In this document: piece after piece, positions 59,599 to 64,000 of the stretch
Layout: the number at the start of each line of letters is the position of its first letter
Numbering within the stretch: position 1 is the stretch's first letter
Source of the DNA: an uncultured Actinomycetota bacterium
Lineage (GTDB): Bacteria; Actinomycetota; Actinomycetes; JAFAQI01
Assembly: GCA_963770565.1 (NCBI GenBank)
Contig: CAVYQE010000001.1
Span: 864,001-928,000, forward strand
Length of the DNA stretch: 64,000 nucleotides
Direction: 5' to 3'
Made by a program: the position numbers and the translations under genes
The notes under the pieces: generated by a model
What the model was told of the DNA's origin: nothing
Databases searched by the model: none
The model's input: the letters and a program-made list of their open reading frames with translations, nothing else

Positions 59599-60717
59599 AT
59601 GAAGCGCAGGTGGGGCCTTCGGAGCAGCGCAACAAGGGGCTGCGCGCTGGTCGTCGTCGCGTTGGTCGCGGCTGCGGCCTGTCGCGGTTCGTCGTCGGGG
59701 GAAACTGCACTGCCCGCCGGCGCGTCGTCGTCGGCGGGCACGTCACTGATCAGCGCGGCCGAGTGCGCGGCCAACAAGGCGGCCGGCCCGATCACCTATG
59801 TTTCGCCGTTCGGCTTCGATGCGTCGGCCGGCATCATCGATGTCTTCGCGGCGCAGCAGCTCGGGTACTTCAAGGACCTTTGCCTCACCGTCAAGTTCGT
59901 CACGAACTCCCAGGACTCGACGTCCTTGGTCTCGGCGGGCAAGGCGCAGGTCACGAATGTGGGGTCTGCCGCCGACTACCTGTCGTCGGTCGCGAGCGGT
60001 GCCAACATCAAGGCGGTTGCCACCTACGGCGACACTTCGGACTACTGCATCGTCACGCAGAAGGGGATCACGTCGCTCAAGCAACTTGAGGGCAAGACCC
60101 TGGGATACCACTTCGTCAAGCCGGCGCCGGTCTTGCAGATGTTGGTGGCAGCGGGAGTCGACCTGAGCAAGGTCAGCTTCGTCAATACGTCGAACTACGA
60201 CCCGAACCAGGTCGTACAGGGCAAGATCGACGCGGTCTCCTGCTACCAGTCGAACGAACCTCTGACTCTGAAGGCCGAAGGTGCCGCGTTCAACGTGTTC
60301 ACGCCGGCCCAGTTCGGCGTCGCGGGCACGTTCAACGTCCAGTTCTTCAACAGGAACTTCCTCGTGACCCACTACGCCGCGGCCAAGGACTGGATGCGGG
60401 CGGACCTGCACGCGTTCGACTACTGCGCAGCGAACATCACGGCGTGCGTGAACATCGAGGGTGACTATTCAAAGGCCGCCGGCGCTGACTTCGTGACCAG
60501 CCACGAGATTCAGGTCTGGACCCTTGAGAGTGCGCTCGCGAAGGACCACACGTTGCCCGGCAAGGGTGTGGGAGTCGAGTCAGTGGCCGAGTTCCAGCCG
60601 GAGGCAAGGGAGCTCGTGCACTTCGGCTTGACGAAGTCAGTGCCTTCGTTGTCTGCGGTCACTGACACAACGTTGGTGGCGTCGCTCTACAACGAAAGCG
60701 CGCTCATCTGGCCGTAG
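59599..60717 (+). CDS. ABC substrate-binding lipoprotein (NMT1/THI5-like)
   Basis: Lipobox-like AAAC; AAQQLGYFKDLCL, LEGKTLGY, YQSNEP; start moved to ATG 59599. Confidence 0.82.
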   Translation: MKRRWGLRSSATRGCALVVVALVAAAACRGSSSGETALPAGASSSAGTSLISAAECAANKAAGPITYVSPFGFDASAGIIDVFAAQQLGYFKDLCLTVKFVTNSQDSTSLVSAGKAQVTNVGSAADYLSSVASGANIKAVATYGDTSDYCIVTQKGITSLKQLEGKTLGYHFVKPAPVLQMLVAAGVDLSKVSFVNTSNYDPNQVVQGKIDAVSCYQSNEPLTLKAEGAAFNVFTPAQFGVAGTFNVQFFNRNFLVTHYAAAKDWMRADLHAFDYCAANITACVNIEGDYSKAAGADFVTSHEIQVWTLESALAKDHTLPGKGVGVESVAEFQPEARELVHFGLTKSVPSLSAVTDTTLVASLYNESALIWP

Positions 60718-60735
60718 CCCGCGACTTCCCGGCGG

Positions 60736-61416
60736 CTATCGCGACTCTTCAACGCCGCTGATCTTGATGCCGGCGTGGGTCTTGTACCGGCGGTTGATCG
60801 CGATGAGGTTTGCCGTGAGCGCCTCGATCTGGCCGGCCAGCCGCAGCCGGCCGCCGTAGATGCCGCGGACGCCCGGCAGCAGGTCCGCGAGTTCACCGAC
60901 TAGATCGGTCGCCTCGCGGTCGTCACCGAGGACGAGCACGTCCTGGTCGAGGTCGCTGACGTCCGGATTCGACAGTACGACGGCGCTGACGTTGTGGAAT
61001 GCCGCGACGACCCGCGACTCCGGCAGCAAGTCGCGGGCCTGCTCGGCCGCGCTTCCCTCCGCGACCGTGATGGCAGCCGGTCCGCGTTCGTCGAAGGCGA
61101 TCGGGTTGACGCAGTCGACGACGATCTTGCCCGCGAGCTCGTCGGTCAAGGAGCGCAGGGTCTGCTCGTGCGCTTCCCAGGGGACGGCGACAATCACAAT
61201 GTCGGCCCGGGTAGCGGCGTCGGCGTTGGCTGACCCCTGGACTGATCCAGCAGTGATCACCTTGGTGAGCTCGTGCGCCGACGCAGCGGCGCGCTCGGCA
61301 TCCCGCGAGCCGATCACGACGCTGAGGCCCTCCTGCGCGAAACGGAACGCCAGACCCTGACCTTGGCCACCCGTCCCGCCCAGAATCGCCACAGTCATCG
61401 TCCTGATGTCAGTCAC
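60736..61416 (-). CDS. npdG: NADPH-dependent F420 reductase
   Basis: ILGGTGGQGQGLA, GSR, VDCVNP, EGSAAEQ, AFHNVSA, EALTANLIAINRRYK. Confidence 0.88.
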   Translation of the reverse strand: MTDIRTMTVAILGGTGGQGQGLAFRFAQEGLSVVIGSRDAERAAASAHELTKVITAGSVQGSANADAATRADIVIVAVPWEAHEQTLRSLTDELAGKIVVDCVNPIAFDERGPAAITVAEGSAAEQARDLLPESRVVAAFHNVSAVVLSNPDVSDLDQDVLVLGDDREATDLVGELADLLPGVRGIYGGRLRLAGQIEALTANLIAINRRYKTHAGIKISGVEESR

Positions 61417-61555
61417 GGTTTCTCCTCGTTCAGGTGTGTGCGTCTGCTGCAAGCCTGGAACCGGCACGGCGATGTCGCCACGGTGTGCTCGGTACTCTAA
61501 GCACCCGCGCGGCGCCCATGCCTACTGACCGTGAGTGTCATGCAGACTGTGGTTC

Positions 61556-61885
61556 ATGCAACGGACCTCCCTTGATGCTTTGGCGAGACAACAACTCGAA
61601 CTCGCCGCGACTCACGGCGGTCGTGCCGCCGACACCGTGGTAGGTGGGCACGAACGAGTGCTGCGCCAGACCGTCATCGCGTTGATCGACGGCACCGAGA
61701 TGGGCGAGCACGACAACCCCGGAGAAGCGACGGTGCACGTGTTGCGGGGCCGGGTCCGGCTCTCGTGTGGGGATGATTCGTGGGAGGGCAGCAAAGGCGA
61801 CCTGATCGAGGTCCCGCACGCCCGTCACAGCGTGCGCGCATTGGAGGACTCGGCGATCCTGCTCACCGTGGCCAAGATTCCCTGA
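61556..61885 (+). CDS. Cupin domain protein
   Basis: LRQTVIAL, EHDNPGEATVHVLRG, HSVRALEDSAILLTV. Confidence 0.82.
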   Translation: MQRTSLDALARQQLELAATHGGRAADTVVGGHERVLRQTVIALIDGTEMGEHDNPGEATVHVLRGRVRLSCGDDSWEGSKGDLIEVPHARHSVRALEDSAILLTVAKIP

Positions 61886-62094
61886 CCAGAGCGCAGCAGA
61901 CGGGTGCATGACGCGGCGGATTGTTTCGTCGCAAAGGCCCTTCGGCGGGACTTCTGACCCTGTCCGGTGGTCGGCAAGGCGCCTACCGTCGCCTTCGACC
62001 ATCAGGGTGGTGCGCCAGGCATGGTGGGTACCCGGAAGCCACCGACAAGGGTCCTGAGCGGACATGTCGTCCTGAGCGGTGGAGGCGCAGCCTG

Positions 62095-64000
62095 ATGAGA
62101 AGGTCTTGGCTCCGATTGTCCGCCGGGCTCGCGATCCTGGTTGCGGCCGCGGCTATGTCGGCGGCGAGCGCTTCCGGCAGCCCAGACCCGGCAGCACGCG
62201 GGGTCGACCTCGTTGCTGCCACGGTCTCGCCGTTGTCGTGGTCTCCACCGTCGATGGTCGACCATCACCCGCCGTTCGGCGGTTCGGCTGCCTATGGCGG
62301 CGTGTCGTGCCCGAGCGCCTCGCTTTGCGTCACCGTCGGGTACGACAGCGATGGCGATGGCTTCATCGCGACTACTACCGACCCGACCAGCGGAGCGGCT
62401 TCCTGGCACGTTGTCGACCAGATCGCCGACGGCAGCCTGCTGTTCGCGGTCTCGTGTCCGTCGGTGTCGCTGTGCGTCGCCATCGATGTCGCGGGTGATG
62501 TGATCACGTCGACCGACCCGACCGGCGGCGCCGGTGCCTGGACGGTCACCACGATCGACGGCGTCTTCCTCGACAGCGTCTCCTGCCCGACGGTGTCGCT
62601 CTGTGTCGTCGGCGACAACAGCGGCAACGCCATCACCTCGACCGACCCGACCGGCGGCGCCGGTGCCTGGACGACGAGCAACGTCGGCCATCTGCTCCTC
62701 GGAATCTCCTGCCCGTCGGCGTCGCTCTGCGTCGCCGCGGATAACGCCGGCAACGTGGTCACCTCGACCAACCCGACCGGCGGCGCGGGTTCCTGGACCG
62801 CTGCACACGTCGATGCCGGTGTCCCGAACCACGCCATCTATTCGGTCTCGTGTGCCTCAGCGCTGCTGTGCGTCGCGGCCGATGACGCCGGCAACGTCAT
62901 CACGTCGACGAACCCGACCGGCGGTGCCGGTGCCTGGACGGCGGTCAATATCGATGCCTCGACCTGGTTCCAGGCCAGCGTCTCGTGTCCCTCGGTGTCG
63001 CTATGCGTCGTGGCGAACGGGGCCGGATCGATCTTCACCTCGACCAGCCCGACCGGCGGCGCGGCGGCTTGGACTGCGGCCGATGTCTCAGTGTCGTCGG
63101 TGACGTGTCCGTCCGCCTCCCTGTGCGTCGCGACGTCAGGCGGCGACATCGGGGTATCAACAGATCCCACCGGTGGTTCGCTGGCCTGGGCCTCGTCCCA
63201 CCTCGGCGACGGCGTCAGCGCGTTTGCCGGCGTCTCATGTCCCTCCGTGTCGCTGTGTGTGGCCGTCGACAGCTCGGGCAACGTGCTGACCTCGACCGAC
63301 CCACCCAGTGGCTCGTGGAGCTTCACCCACGTCGATGGCGACGTCGAGAGCCCGGTCGGCTTCGCGGCCGTGTCATGCCCGTCGGCGTCCCTGTGCGTGG
63401 TCGTCGACAGCGCCGGCAACGTGCTCACCTCGACCGATCCGACCGCGGGTGTCGGCGCGTGGACCGCGGCCCAGGTCGACGCGCCGCACGCGCTCTGGTC
63501 CGTCTCCTGCGCGTCGACGTCGCTCTGCGTGGCAGGCGACGGCGTCGGCGACGTGATCACCTCGACCAACCCGACCGGTGGGGTCGCCGCGTGGACGGTG
63601 ACGCACGTCGACAGCGCAACCGCTGGCTTGAACTACCTGTCGGGCGTCTCGTGTCCGTCGGCGTCGCTGTGCGTCGCTGTCGATGGCGCGGGAAATGCCC
63701 TCATCTCCAGCAACCCGACCGGCGGCGCTGGAGCATGGCCGCACGAGAGCGTTGCCGGCGCCGGCCTGCTCGGGATCTCGTGTCCATCCCCGTCGCTCTG
63801 CGTCGCCGTCGGCTATGCGGGCACCGTCGTCACGATTACCGGTACGAGCGTGAGTTCGGCCACGATCGACGGCAGCGCCCAGTTGTCTGACGTCTCGTGC
63901 GCTTCCGCCGTGCTGTGCGTCGGCGTCGATTCCAGTGGTGGGGTGGTGGCCTCGAGCGACCCGATCGGAGGAGCGACCACGTGGACGCCGACGACGGTCG
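62095..64000 (+). CDS. Secreted Cys-repeat beta-propeller-like protein (partial, runs off window end)
   Basis: Not in ORF track. RBS GGAGG, signal peptide MRRSWLRLSAGLAILVAAAAMSAASA; 13 repeats of about 40-49 aa, consensus VSCPSxSLCVAxDxxGNVxTSTxPTGGxxxW. Confidence 0.85.
   Translation, partial: MRRSWLRLSAGLAILVAAAAMSAASASGSPDPAARGVDLVAATVSPLSWSPPSMVDHHPPFGGSAAYGGVSCPSASLCVTVGYDSDGDGFIATTTDPTSGAASWHVVDQIADGSLLFAVSCPSVSLCVAIDVAGDVITSTDPTGGAGAWTVTTIDGVFLDSVSCPTVSLCVVGDNSGNAITSTDPTGGAGAWTTSNVGHLLLGISCPSASLCVAADNAGNVVTSTNPTGGAGSWTAAHVDAGVPNHAIYSVSCASALLCVAADDAGNVITSTNPTGGAGAWTAVNIDASTWFQASVSCPSVSLCVVANGAGSIFTSTSPTGGAAAWTAADVSVSSVTCPSASLCVATSGGDIGVSTDPTGGSLAWASSHLGDGVSAFAGVSCPSVSLCVAVDSSGNVLTSTDPPSGSWSFTHVDGDVESPVGFAAVSCPSASLCVVVDSAGNVLTSTDPTAGVGAWTAAQVDAPHALWSVSCASTSLCVAGDGVGDVITSTNPTGGVAAWTVTHVDSATAGLNYLSGVSCPSASLCVAVDGAGNALISSNPTGGAGAWPHESVAGAGLLGISCPSPSLCVAVGYAGTVVTITGTSVSSATIDGSAQLSDVSCASAVLCVGVDSSGGVVASSDPIGGATTWTPTTV

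Noticed and set aside
62002-63890. ORF-track calls in the last 2 kb
   Set aside because: Antisense or off-frame shadows of the plus-strand repeat gene starting at 62095

Overview
High-GC actinobacterial chromosome segment. It starts with core synteny: the tail of a DUF4350/DUF4129 membrane cluster, then mtrA-mtrB-lpqB-comF-hpf, an orphan NarL-type regulator and secA. Next comes a poorly understood module (two Rv3235-family genes, LysM protein, tandem Sm/Hfq-like protein, MerR/excisionase-type HTH, SAF/CpaB-like and CpaE/MinD-like ATPase genes), a lipid cluster and pruA. The rest is largely accessory. Best candidates for new biology: (1) a 2782-aa membrane-anchored protein of about 28 Cys-paired Ig-like modules, translationally coupled to a membrane GAF-GGDEF diguanylate cyclase and preceded by a sigma28/WhiG-like promoter; (2) a DnaA-box-like motif (CTGTGGACAAC) upstream of the CpaB/CpaE-like genes and an orphan FHA-EssC/FtsK ATPase, with an inverted variant before comF, hinting at a competence/pilus-type regulon; (3) a secreted Cys-repeat beta-propeller-like protein cut by the window end. 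No rRNA, tRNA, CRISPR array or transposase was seen. All calls come from reading motifs by eye, with no database searches. Several start codons were moved relative to the ORF track.
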